Positions 26,370-35,348 of a stretch of DNA of 64,000 nucleotides are shown in pieces. Numbering within the stretch: the first letter of the stretch is position 1; each line of letters opens with the position of its first letter. The stretch is from Elusimicrobia bacterium RIFOXYA2_FULL_47_53 (GTDB lineage Bacteria > Elusimicrobiota > Endomicrobiia > Endomicrobiales > XYA2-FULL-47-53). The translations under genes and the position numbers were made by a program. The notes beneath the pieces were generated by a model that saw only the letters and a program-made list of their open reading frames with translations, was not told where the DNA came from and did not search any database. Where the stretch lies: NCBI GenBank assembly GCA_001800315.1, contig MGVE01000013.1, positions 2,238-66,237 on the forward strand, given 5' to 3'.

Positions 26370-28493
26370 TTAACTGTAGTAATAATCGTGCATATAACGA
26401 GGCATATAGTGATCCTGCCTCGTCATAACAAACCCGAGAACCTTAGCCCCGACCTGCCTGAGCGACGACTTGATATTGATTACATCTTTCTGGTGAGTTT
26501 TCCCGGATTCAATTGCCACAACGACCGCGTCGGAAAACTTTGAAAGCATCATGGCGTCCGGCATATTAAGCACAGGCGGAGAATCCATCACAATTATCTC
26601 AAACTGGGACGAAAGTGAATTTATCAGTTCTTTAAAAGAAGGCGAACCCATCAACTCCGTAGGATTTCCCTTGGCCGCGCCGCACGGCAGGAACCAGAGG
26701 TTATTTACGGGAGTCTGCCTGCACGCTTTCTGCGGATCTATGGAATTGAGCAGTATGTCCGATACCCCGGGATTAACGGGCGCGGAGAAAAAAGCGTGCA
26801 GAAGGCCCTTTCTCAGGTCGCAGTCCACAAGCAGAACCTTGGAGCCGCCAGCCGCTATGGCCGCGGCCAGGTTGGCCGAGGTCGTGCTTTTGCCCTCGCC
26901 GTGAATGGCGCTTGTAATGAGAAGTTTTTTTATTTTTCCGGAATCGTTGAGCCCGTGGAAAATATTTGTCTTTAACATCCTGTAGTCATCGGCTATACGG
27001 GAACGGGGATCGTGGTAAACCACCAGCTCGGCGGCCACCGAGGGATCCAGGCGCTTAAGCGCGATGTGCGGCACGGCGATCCTTATTTTTGAGAAAAGTT
27101 TATTATTTCGCAGGAAATCCCTGACGGCGGCCCGGAACTCCTTTTTATCCTTATTCTGAGTTTCCATGGCTATAGTTCCGACACTGCCCAGGCCCGTAAA
27201 TCCGAGAACCGCCTGCGCCTGCTCGGGGGTATGGAATGTCTTAAAAATATTCTCCAGCAGGAAAACGCCTCCGCCGCCAAGCATCAGCCCTCCGAAGAAA
27301 CCAAACAGCAGTATTTTCATGAAGTTGGGTTTAACCGGCTTTAACGGCAGCCTCGCGTACTCAAGCACCGTGAATTGGTTTCCCTTTTCGGAATCCTGAA
27401 GCCGCTCGGAAACATAGGCCGACTCCAGCTGTCTTAAAAGCATCTGGTAGATATCCTCGTCAACCCTCTTATTCCTCTCCAGATTTGCCAGGCCTTCCTC
27501 GCCCAATTTCTTAGCGCCCCTGACACTCCGGGTCAAAAGGGATTCCCTTCTTTTCTCAAGATAGCTTATTTCCATATCCATCTGCTTTAGCTCCTGCTCG
27601 GTCTGCAGATACATGGGATTAAAAGTTGATATGCTTTCTTTTACAGTTGTTTTCTCCAGCTCACTGCTTATCCTTGCCTTAAGCCCGGTTAACTCCGTCT
27701 GCAACTCCTGAACTTTCGGGTTCCCCTCCTTGGCGTCTATCAAAAGGCGGGCAAGCTCGGACTCAATCTGACCGGCCCTCGCCTGAAGCTGAGAAACAAC
27801 CGGATTCTGTTCAGTCGTAACCTGAGAGGGTATTATCTTCTGAAGATTGGCCAGGCGGTCCTTGAGCAGTGTCCTGCGGTTTTGCGCCACCCTCAGGTCG
27901 GAATCTATTTTACTGACCGTAAAATTCTGTTCGGAGTTTTCCAGCTTAGCCCGGTAAATCTTCAGCTGTTCGTTTATGAAATCAATGGCGTTTTTAGCCT
28001 CTTCCCGCTTCCCCTGAGAGCTTTCCTCAATGAAGTTCTGGGTAAGCGTGTTGGCGACCATCTGCGCGCGCCTTGGATTTCCGTCCTGATAAACGACCTG
28101 TATGATCTCCCTGTTAACAAAGCGGACATTCACGCGCTTCCTCAAATTCGTTATGTAATCTTCCATCTGTTTCTGGGAGGCGTCAACGCTCACAAGGTTG
28201 AGCTGCAGGACAAGCTGTTCAAGCTTGGGCCAGGCCATAATCTGTTTGGAGAGCGTGTTTATTTCTTCCGCTATCTGGGGAGCTACGGCTATTTCGCTTA
28301 CCAGCGGGTCAATTATTTTTTTGCCGCGCACCTTAATAAGAGATGAAGCTTCGTAAACTCTCGGCATGAACAGCCCGGCCAGAACCGAGGAAAAAAATAC
28401 CACGGAAAAAAGAACAAGAAAAACATTCCTTTTCCTGATTAACAGCTCCAGCATATCGGACAGATTAAGTTGCTGCTGAGTTTCTTTTGTCAT
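26370..28493 (-). CDS. Polysaccharide co-polymerase (Wzz-type chain-length determinant) fused to BY-family tyrosine kinase
   Basis: 707 aa. N-terminal TM, long coiled periplasmic region, second TM (LLFGFFGGLMLGGGGVFLL). Kinase motifs: Walker A SAIHGEGKSTTSANLA, A' VLLVDCDLRKG, B IIVMDSPPV. C-terminal Tyr cluster HYMPRYMHDYYYS. Confidence 0.85.
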   Translation of the reverse strand: MTKETQQQLNLSDMLELLIRKRNVFLVLFSVVFFSSVLAGLFMPRVYEASSLIKVRGKKIIDPLVSEIAVAPQIAEEINTLSKQIMAWPKLEQLVLQLNLVSVDASQKQMEDYITNLRKRVNVRFVNREIIQVVYQDGNPRRAQMVANTLTQNFIEESSQGKREEAKNAIDFINEQLKIYRAKLENSEQNFTVSKIDSDLRVAQNRRTLLKDRLANLQKIIPSQVTTEQNPVVSQLQARAGQIESELARLLIDAKEGNPKVQELQTELTGLKARISSELEKTTVKESISTFNPMYLQTEQELKQMDMEISYLEKRRESLLTRSVRGAKKLGEEGLANLERNKRVDEDIYQMLLRQLESAYVSERLQDSEKGNQFTVLEYARLPLKPVKPNFMKILLFGFFGGLMLGGGGVFLLENIFKTFHTPEQAQAVLGFTGLGSVGTIAMETQNKDKKEFRAAVRDFLRNNKLFSKIRIAVPHIALKRLDPSVAAELVVYHDPRSRIADDYRMLKTNIFHGLNDSGKIKKLLITSAIHGEGKSTTSANLAAAIAAGGSKVLLVDCDLRKGLLHAFFSAPVNPGVSDILLNSIDPQKACRQTPVNNLWFLPCGAAKGNPTELMGSPSFKELINSLSSQFEIIVMDSPPVLNMPDAMMLSKFSDAVVVAIESGKTHQKDVINIKSSLRQVGAKVLGFVMTRQDHYMPRYMHDYYYS

Positions 28494-28498
28494 AAATT

Positions 28499-29194
28499 TC
28501 AGGGGATAGGCATTACCGCGGCTCTCGCGGCCGGTACTGTATTAGAAATCGGGCTTAAAAGCGTGGAAATCAGATCAGAAATCATGCCCAGGAAATTTTT
28601 TGGCACATAAACGATATCTCCGGGTTGAAGCTTCGCGTTGTTTTCAAGCTCGCCCCTGTAGAGTATCCTGTAAAGATTGACGACCTTCGTTGAAGGCCTC
28701 TGAGGGCGCGGAGAAATAATATAAACCCTCCTGTCGGCCGCGAACCTGCCCGGCAAACCGGCGAGAATTACGGCGTCCCGAAGCGTGATGTTCTTTCCTT
28801 CGGTTGAATACCTGCCAGGCCTTGAGACCTCGCCCATAACATATATCACCTGGCTGGCGTACCTTACTATATCAATCGTCACTTTCGGGTCTTTGACATA
28901 TTTCTCAAGCACCGAGGCAATGGCGACCTCGGCCCCGTCTTTAAGCAGGCCCTCAAGCTTAATCTCGCCTATGCTCTGTATGAATATTTTACCGTCAGGC
29001 CTTATGGTAAACTCTCCGCTCCACTCGGGATGCTGCTCCGCGATAATCCGTATAATATCATCGGGGCCCAGCATGTACCCCGAGGACGGCGAGGCCGCAG
29101 GGACAACCGGCGCGGCGCCGCCTGCTTTAAAGGAGGCGCAGGAAGCAAGGGCGGCTGAAGCGATAATAACAAGAATCATCTTGATTGAATTCAT
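28499..29194 (-). CDS. Polysaccharide export lipoprotein (Wza/EpsE-like, Poly_export + SLBB)
   Basis: Preferred start is Met31 of the track ORF (MNSIKMILVIIASAALASC, lipobox LASC). This removes the overlap with epsI. Motifs YMLGPDDIIRI, GEFTIRPDGKI, GEVSRPGRY, LQPGDIVYVP. Confidence 0.75.
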   Translation of the reverse strand: MNSIKMILVIIASAALASCASFKAGGAAPVVPAASPSSGYMLGPDDIIRIIAEQHPEWSGEFTIRPDGKIFIQSIGEIKLEGLLKDGAEVAIASVLEKYVKDPKVTIDIVRYASQVIYVMGEVSRPGRYSTEGKNITLRDAVILAGLPGRFAADRRVYIISPRPQRPSTKVVNLYRILYRGELENNAKLQPGDIVYVPKNFLGMISDLISTLLSPISNTVPAARAAVMPIP

Positions 29195-29201
29195 AACTCT
29201 C

Positions 29202-29837
29202 TCATTCGGAATATTGAGTAAGCACGGGCAAAAGCGCCTTAATAAAGTCCTCGCTGGCGCTTCTCGCGCTTTCCTTATCGTCAAATTTTATCTCGGTATA
29301 AACATTCACCGCCATACCTCTGGAGAACCCCTTGAACATCCTGTCCGTTACAATTCGCGTCTGCTGGAGATAAAAATTGCTGTAGTAGTCGCGGCCCGCC
29401 GCGTAAAAATTATGGACAAGTATGTCGTTGCCGTGGTCCGTTGAGAAAACCATCTCATTGACTTCCACAAGCCCGCCTTTAATTTCCGGAATGGCAATTG
29501 AAACGGCGCCCCGGCCGGCAAGCTCTGAGCCGGCGCCCGTCATGCAATACTCGGGCGGATGAAAAGCCGACCTGTTGTTGACTGCCTTGACGATTATAAG
29601 CTCCACGGTTCTGCCGGCTTTGTCCCGGTATATCCTGCCGATGACGGCATCGGTACCGAGAATATCAATGACTCTTTCCTGGAACTTGATATCTTCCGCC
29701 AGCTGCCAGGAACCTATTTTAGCGGGAAGCGTCTTAATATCAACCGAGCTGACCCGCGACCTGCCGCCGTATAAAACAAACAGCGACAACCCTGCGAAAA
29801 AAATAAAAATTAATAAAAGAACAATGCTTTTTTTCAA
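29202..29837 (-). CDS. epsI: EpsI-family exosortase-associated protein
   Basis: 211 aa. N-terminal TM, then LPAKIGSWQLAEDIKF...VIGRIYRDKAGRTVELIIV...AFHPPEYCMTGAG, matching the EpsI pattern. ATGA overlap with the exosortase gene. Confidence 0.7.
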   Translation of the reverse strand: MKKSIVLLLIFIFFAGLSLFVLYGGRSRVSSVDIKTLPAKIGSWQLAEDIKFQERVIDILGTDAVIGRIYRDKAGRTVELIIVKAVNNRSAFHPPEYCMTGAGSELAGRGAVSIAIPEIKGGLVEVNEMVFSTDHGNDILVHNFYAAGRDYYSNFYLQQTRIVTDRMFKGFSRGMAVNVYTEIKFDDKESARSASEDFIKALLPVLTQYSE

Positions 29838-30691
29838 GCGCCGCGTCCCTGCTGTTTAAATATATTATAAACCATCATAAACAAACCGAACGCGATTACC
29901 CAAAGGACTATACCTGCGCCGTCGTGAAGAATGCCGCCGGTAGCGGCCTCGGTTCCGTAAATATAGGCCGCGATGATAAGAAAAACTATCCGGGCCGTAT
30001 TCGCCAGAACCGCGATCGGCAGGGAAAACGCAACTACCGCCGACTTCCTTAACATACTGCCTTTCAGGAAATACGCGAATACCACGCTTAAGGTAAACAG
30101 CGATATGAGCGAGTTTATGCCGCTGCACTCATTTTCAACCGTCAACATACCGTTGGGAAGGTAAATCACGCTCCCTTCGCGCAGTATATTCAGGTTCATC
30201 AACCCCACGACCCAGACCGCGGCCTGCGAGGCCAGTAGCTTAAGGTTAAAGGTCAGCCATATAAGCATGACCTTCGGAACCGGCACCATGAAAATGAGAA
30301 AAGACAACGGAAAAAGCAGGGCTCTGGTAATCTGCCGTCCGAACAGGTACAAAGACGCGCCTATCAGCGCGAAAATCAGCGCGAAACCGGAGAAAAACTT
30401 TATCCCCAGCACAAGCCCGACAAGCACATGCCCGGCGAGCGCCGCTATCAAAAGAGCTATCCCGAAATACGATGTTTCCTGCCGCATATTTTTGAGGCGC
30501 GGCAAACTTGAATATATAATATACGCCGAGAAAAACGGTATCAAAAAACCGTGCGAGTAATAAGAATCCGGCTCAACAAACCTGGCATACATCCACTGAA
30601 AAGTGTCAAAAAATGTCGCCGCGACCGCCGCGGGAAGCAGAAAAAAGGGTATGAATCCGCCGTAACTTTTCTTAATTACCGCCTGGGACAT
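29834..30691 (-). CDS. Exosortase (EpsH/Xrt family transpeptidase)
   Basis: 285 aa, about 8 TM. Catalytic-type motifs ENECSGINSL (Cys), LANTARIVFL (Arg), ILHDGAGIV (His). Confidence 0.8.
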   Translation of the reverse strand: MSQAVIKKSYGGFIPFFLLPAAVAATFFDTFQWMYARFVEPDSYYSHGFLIPFFSAYIIYSSLPRLKNMRQETSYFGIALLIAALAGHVLVGLVLGIKFFSGFALIFALIGASLYLFGRQITRALLFPLSFLIFMVPVPKVMLIWLTFNLKLLASQAAVWVVGLMNLNILREGSVIYLPNGMLTVENECSGINSLISLFTLSVVFAYFLKGSMLRKSAVVAFSLPIAVLANTARIVFLIIAAYIYGTEAATGGILHDGAGIVLWVIAFGLFMMVYNIFKQQGRGA

Positions 30692-32109
30692 TATTTCCTT
30701 TTTTCAAGCGCCCTTATTCTGCCGACGGCAGACAACGAGAGGCTGCCCGCGGGATATTGCTTAACGAACTCTTTGTATGTTTCAGCGGCAAGCGCTTTAT
30801 TTTTCAGGTTGTTCTCGTAAATCATGGCGATTTTAAACAATGCGAACTCGGACTTTTTGTCCGCGGGGAACTTGCTCCTGATGGCCTTCAGTGTTTCCAC
30901 GGCCGCCGCGTATTCTTCCTTCATTATGTATGTCGCGGCCAAGAGCTCAAAAGCTTCCAGCGAAACAAGGTCAGCGCTTTTATCGTCTGTAAGCGACTTG
31001 TAGTATTTAACGGCTTCCTCAAACGAACGGTTGGCGCCGGCCTTATCGTTCTTTTTAACATAGTGGCCGGCGATTATCAGAGGCACCTGCATGGCGACCG
31101 GCTTGTCCGGAAATTCGGAGCGCAGTTTATCGTATTCAGGCAGGGCTTCCTGCCACCTGCCGGCTTTATCATAACTAACAGCCACGGCAAATTGAGCCGC
31201 GGCGCGCAGGGAACCGTCTTTTGGAAAAAGCTTGTTGACTTTGTCTCTCTCGGCGGCCGCGCCGGCATAGTCGCCCTTAAGCGCGTAAATATTGCCGATA
31301 GCCAGCTGGGCCTCGCCGGCGTATTTTGACTTTCCGTATTCCTTAACCGTTCTTGAAAAAATTTCAAGAGCCCTGGCGTTATTTTTCAGAGCTTCGGAAT
31401 ATATTTTAGCCGCCTCCAGCAGGGACTGAGGAGCGGCGAAAGCCTTGGGATATTTAGCGGCAAAGGAGAGAAGATATTCGGCGGTCTGGGAAGCCCGCCC
31501 CAGTTTACTGCCGGTTATGACCATAAGCGGGTGCACGGCGGACACTATTTTGCTGTAGGGATTCGTTTCAACTATGCTTTTATAGCCAGCGAAAGCATTT
31601 TCGTAGGCTTCCTTAGACTTGTCTTTCATGCCTGAGCGGGAATACAAGTCCGCCACATACACCGGCATCTGAAGGCCGAACTCGGAAGTAGGGTAACGGT
31701 CCATGATTTTTTCGTACTCAGCCACAGCCTCTTTTATTTTCCCGGCGTTCTCCTTAAGCTGTCCGAGAGCGTACCAGGCGCGAACCGTAACATCATGCCT
31801 GTCCGGGTAGTCTACAATTACTTTTTCAAACTCACCGGCGGCCGCGGAGACTCTTCCCCTGGCTGAGTTCAATTCACCAAGCATGAGCTGAAGGTCGGCG
31901 GCATTGCTCCAGGCGGGATATTTATCAATTACACCTTTTAAATCTTTTAGGGCGCCGTCAAAATCCTTCTCGGCGGCCCGGACAGGAGACCGCAGTGTCT
32001 GGCTGTGCAGCCTGGTAACATTATAAAGCATTCTCTCGGCGTCATAATCACCGCCGCAGGATGAAAGAAATAATACGGCTGTTAATAACAGAAGATGCGT
32101 TTTCCTCAT
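30691..32109 (-). CDS. TPR-repeat lipoprotein
   Basis: 472 aa. Lipobox LSSC at residues 15-18. Tandem TPR-like A/Y/L repeats throughout. Confidence 0.75.
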   Translation of the reverse strand: MRKTHLLLLTAVLFLSSCGGDYDAERMLYNVTRLHSQTLRSPVRAAEKDFDGALKDLKGVIDKYPAWSNAADLQLMLGELNSARGRVSAAAGEFEKVIVDYPDRHDVTVRAWYALGQLKENAGKIKEAVAEYEKIMDRYPTSEFGLQMPVYVADLYSRSGMKDKSKEAYENAFAGYKSIVETNPYSKIVSAVHPLMVITGSKLGRASQTAEYLLSFAAKYPKAFAAPQSLLEAAKIYSEALKNNARALEIFSRTVKEYGKSKYAGEAQLAIGNIYALKGDYAGAAAERDKVNKLFPKDGSLRAAAQFAVAVSYDKAGRWQEALPEYDKLRSEFPDKPVAMQVPLIIAGHYVKKNDKAGANRSFEEAVKYYKSLTDDKSADLVSLEAFELLAATYIMKEEYAAAVETLKAIRSKFPADKKSEFALFKIAMIYENNLKNKALAAETYKEFVKQYPAGSLSLSAVGRIRALEKRK

Positions 32110-32942
32110 AACCTGCCCTCTATTTCCTTGTTTTTCATAAAGAATACAGTTACTGAAACCGTGTAAAAAATATCTGCTAATAAAATAAAAAATATTTTAG
32201 CCGCGACAAACAGGATGGATATCTCAGGAAACGATTTTTCCATCATGCCGCGCATGTTAACAAACAAAAACGGCAGAACAATCAGATTGGGTCCCAGAAC
32301 AACTAACAGAAGCTTTACGGGATAATTCTTAAACAGCGCGACCGCGCGTTTAAAAGACTGGGGGAGCTTCCTGTTTTCAACTATTACGGCGGGGATTCCG
32401 AAAGCGAACAGGGCCTGAATAAGAACCCCGAACAAAAACATAAGAAGCACGACGGCCTTTACGGAAGTGGTCACATACTCAAGCAGAAGGTATGAAGTCC
32501 TGGAAAAAGCGTAGATGAGCACAAATACGGCAACCCACAGGCCGAGCATACGGAAATATCTTTTAACAGATTTGCCGAACCCGAAAAACCAGCTTGGCTC
32601 GCCCGACTGGAACAGCTGGGCCGTCATGGAAATAGTTATGCCGGACATTATCAGGCCGAAAGTGAAATCTATGGCATTTTTTGAATAATTAAACAGCGTC
32701 GGGAACAGAATCAGGTTAAACGGATAGTGCAGGAAACGATCGCCCCAGAAAGCTTTTACTATAGGAGAAAACACCGTGGAAAGAGGATACCGCGGGGAAA
32801 GATAGACTACACACATGCCGGCGATATAAAACAAAGCGGTAAACAAAAATGGCGCCGCTATAACCGGCTTTTTTTTAAGCAACTCATATGATTCTTTCCA
32901 AACGGAGAGAACGCTAAGTTTATTGCCCGAATTGCCACTCAT
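32106..32942 (-). CDS. Polytopic membrane protein of unknown function
   Basis: 278 aa, about 6-7 hydrophobic helices. ATGA overlap with the TPR gene, so it belongs to the exosortase operon. Confidence 0.5.
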   Translation of the reverse strand: MSGNSGNKLSVLSVWKESYELLKKKPVIAAPFLFTALFYIAGMCVVYLSPRYPLSTVFSPIVKAFWGDRFLHYPFNLILFPTLFNYSKNAIDFTFGLIMSGITISMTAQLFQSGEPSWFFGFGKSVKRYFRMLGLWVAVFVLIYAFSRTSYLLLEYVTTSVKAVVLLMFLFGVLIQALFAFGIPAVIVENRKLPQSFKRAVALFKNYPVKLLLVVLGPNLIVLPFLFVNMRGMMEKSFPEISILFVAAKIFFILLADIFYTVSVTVFFMKNKEIEGRL

Positions 32943-32975
32943 AGATAACCCTTTTTAGCTGCGGCGTTTTGGTAA

Positions 32976-33005
32976 TTATACTATATTTTCATTGCGTTTT
33001 TCAAC
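32976..33005 (-). promoter_or_regulatory. Sigma70-like promoter for the membrane-protein/TPR/exosortase operon
   Basis: On the minus strand: TTGAAA (33005-33000), an 18-nt spacer, then TATAAT (32981-32976), about 35 nt upstream of the ATG at 32942. Confidence 0.4.
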
Positions 33006-33042
33006 AAAAACTAAGCCTGGGCTTTGTAAACCAACCCAGGCA
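33004..33042 (-). terminator. Possible intrinsic terminator after the sugar-transferase gene
   Basis: 7-bp stem gcctggg/cccaggc (33016-33022 / 33036-33042) with a 13-nt loop, followed on the minus strand by TTAGTTTTTG. The loop is large, so this is weak. Confidence 0.35.
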
Positions 33043-33084
33043 TTCACATATTTATGTATTTCGCGCGGCAGGGCGCCGAATGTA

Positions 33085-34527
33085 CTATCTTGCGCCCTTG
33101 GAAAGAATGACCGTGCCGATAGTCTTGAAAAGTATCTGTATATCCATCAGCAGGCCCCTTTTCCTGGCGTAAAGCAGGTCATACCTCAGTTTTTTTCTGG
33201 TTCCCTCTACGGTATCGGTGTAGCCGTTCATAACCTGGGCAAGGCCCGTTATTCCGGGTTTTACATAAAAACGCGTGTTGTAATTCTCTATATCGTTGTC
33301 AAGTTGTTTTACAAAAACCGGCCTCTCGGGCCTGGGGCCTATTATGCTCATATCGCCCTTGAGCACATTAATAAGCTGGGGCAGTTCGTCAATTCTCGTC
33401 ATTCTGAGAAATTTACCAATGTGCGTTATCCTTGAATCGTTTTTCGCGGCCCAAACCGGGCCGGTGCCTTTTTCAGCGCCCATGGTCATGGTGCGCAGTT
33501 TGTATATTGTGAAAGGTTTACCGAGAACATCGTCGCTGCGCATTTCGCCCTGAGCGGGATTGCCGCGCGGAGCCCTGGATCTTCTTCTATTTTCGCCTAC
33601 CCGTTCCTGTTTATAAAACGCCGGGCCCGTGGAGTCTAATTTAACAAGTATGGCCGCGACCGCGACTATGGGAGCCGCGAGCACTATTCCGATGGAAGCA
33701 AGAAGAATATCTAAAAACTTTCTGAACTCGCTGTACCTGCTTCTCGCGAATGATGCCAGCGATCCCGCCAGGCCGAGCATTATCAGAACCATCGTGGAAG
33801 GTTCCGGAACCGGAGTGGGATTGATATCGGCCCTCAGCGTCAGGTAATCGTTGCCGCAGCTCATTGTCCAGTGCAGTTTGATATCCCTGCTGGTATGCCT
33901 GTTAAAACCAAACGCGGAGAGCGGAACGCTTGCCTCAAGCACATAGTGGCTGTTGATAGCCTCGCTGAAAGCAAAGTCAACGGGAGCATCCACTGCGCAA
34001 CCGGAGAGTATATTGTAGGGAGTGGAAGAATACAACCCGTTCTGCCACACGCAGTTCTTCTTTAGAACCGCGCTCTCCGAGCCGAGCACCTCAATGCCGT
34101 ATTCGTAAATATTGTCGCCGTCAGTATTGATGGCTATGTCGCCGGGCCATATATATGACGGAGAGAAACCCTGCGGCGAGGCGGCGCCGTTTACCGGAAG
34201 GCCCTGCACAACGGCCATGTAGAGGTTCTCGCCGTCATTATCAAAATAAAAAGCCTCGGCATCGCACATATTGCCAAAACTGTACTGGGGGCCGACAAAC
34301 CAGGCTCCGTGGCTGTAGGCCGGATTTCTGGTGTTATCCGCGTTGTCTTCAGTAATGTAATCTATGTCCGAGCCGCCCGCGGGTGTGTCGGAATCCAGGG
34401 CGAACCTGGACCCGGCCTGCAGAAGATTTACGCCCCAATCGTCCACCAGCCCATCAATAATGTAGGAATGGGCCGCGGAAGGAAGCAATAAAGCGCAGCA
34501 TAAGATTAACTTAATGTTTAAACGCAT
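33085..34527 (-). CDS. Fusion protein: secreted N-terminal domain + complete PEP-CTERM sorting signal + polyprenyl-phosphate sugar phosphotransferase (Bac_transf/EpsB-WbaP-like) domain
   Basis: Preferred start is MRLNIKLILCCALLLPSAAHS (34527). Track residues 34-250 form an extracytoplasmic domain. Residues 252-276 read VPEPSTMVLIMLGLAGSLASFARSR (PEP motif, TM helix, basic cluster; DNA 33736-33810). Residues 281-492 read FLDILLASIGIVLAAPIVAVAAILVKLDSTGPAFYKQERVG...YKLRTM...DELPQLINVLKGDMSIIGPRPERP. One uninterrupted frame. Confidence 0.75.
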   Translation of the reverse strand: MRLNIKLILCCALLLPSAAHSYIIDGLVDDWGVNLLQAGSRFALDSDTPAGGSDIDYITEDNADNTRNPAYSHGAWFVGPQYSFGNMCDAEAFYFDNDGENLYMAVVQGLPVNGAASPQGFSPSYIWPGDIAINTDGDNIYEYGIEVLGSESAVLKKNCVWQNGLYSSTPYNILSGCAVDAPVDFAFSEAINSHYVLEASVPLSAFGFNRHTSRDIKLHWTMSCGNDYLTLRADINPTPVPEPSTMVLIMLGLAGSLASFARSRYSEFRKFLDILLASIGIVLAAPIVAVAAILVKLDSTGPAFYKQERVGENRRRSRAPRGNPAQGEMRSDDVLGKPFTIYKLRTMTMGAEKGTGPVWAAKNDSRITHIGKFLRMTRIDELPQLINVLKGDMSIIGPRPERPVFVKQLDNDIENYNTRFYVKPGITGLAQVMNGYTDTVEGTRKKLRYDLLYARKRGLLMDIQILFKTIGTVILSKGAR

Positions 34528-34580
34528 ACAATTCTCCATAAAAATTTGCTCAGGCCTGAACAAACCTTACGATTCATTTT

Positions 34581-35195
34581 TTACAACAGCAGCTTCTTCC
34601 TTGAAGCCACAAGGCCTAATAAACCTGTTCCAAGCAACATTAATGTCGCCGGTTCAGGAACAGCTGTTGCGGTAGTCACCTTAAATGTAACCCCACTATT
34701 GCGATAATGGCAATCAGGATCAACACCAAACCCAAAATCATCATTAGTGGCAATGTAATTCTGAAGGTCATCAATCAATCCGAGAGAACTGAATGAATAG
34801 ACCAAGTCAAAATTACGCGCTACTCCGCCAAGAGGGTCACTCCATGTGCCGACAAGGACACCTTGTCCGGCAAACATATCATTAGTGTCTCCGTCCCAAA
34901 CCCCATCTGTCCCGCTAAGCGTACCTAACACTGCTGAGTCAAGCAAATGAGTGTAGAGCATGTCCCCATCTTCAACAGCCCAGTCATAAATATTCTTATA
35001 AGTAAGAACCGCTTCCTCAATGTACTCAGTGGGAGCAAGGTTAAGCTTAAGACCCCATGTGTAGAAATAAGAATGATTCAAATCCCCTAAATCATACGGG
35101 GTTGGCTGATAAGTATAAATAGCCGACTGAGATACTCCTGTGAGCACGGCCATGACAGCCGAGATTAACAACACTTTTACTAACGCTTTTTTCAT
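34581..35195 (-). CDS. PEP-CTERM sorting-domain protein
   Basis: 204 aa with a signal peptide. C-terminus AVPEPATLMLLGTGLLGLVASRKKLLL. Confidence 0.85.
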   Translation of the reverse strand: MKKALVKVLLISAVMAVLTGVSQSAIYTYQPTPYDLGDLNHSYFYTWGLKLNLAPTEYIEEAVLTYKNIYDWAVEDGDMLYTHLLDSAVLGTLSGTDGVWDGDTNDMFAGQGVLVGTWSDPLGGVARNFDLVYSFSSLGLIDDLQNYIATNDDFGFGVDPDCHYRNSGVTFKVTTATAVPEPATLMLLGTGLLGLVASRKKLLL

Positions 35196-35348
35196 TGTTT
35201 TTCACCTCCTTTGTTTGTGAAAGGGAAAACAGCACCCTGTGTATGATGTGCTCAGACCTGAGACTTTTTTATTATTTACACACTGCTTTTAAAAATGAGA
35301 AATAAACAACAACAGACCGCGCAACAATCTGTCCGAGATACTCTTAGA

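Noticed and set aside
28499-29284. N-terminal extensions of track ORFs: 28499..29284, 33085..34563, 35349..36065, 49740..51398 and 51769..52035
   Set aside because: Internal Met codons (29194, 34527, 36020, 51317, 51999) give proper signal peptides or lipoboxes, or have Shine-Dalgarno sequences, and they remove overlaps with upstream genes. The longer versions add implausible leader sequence.
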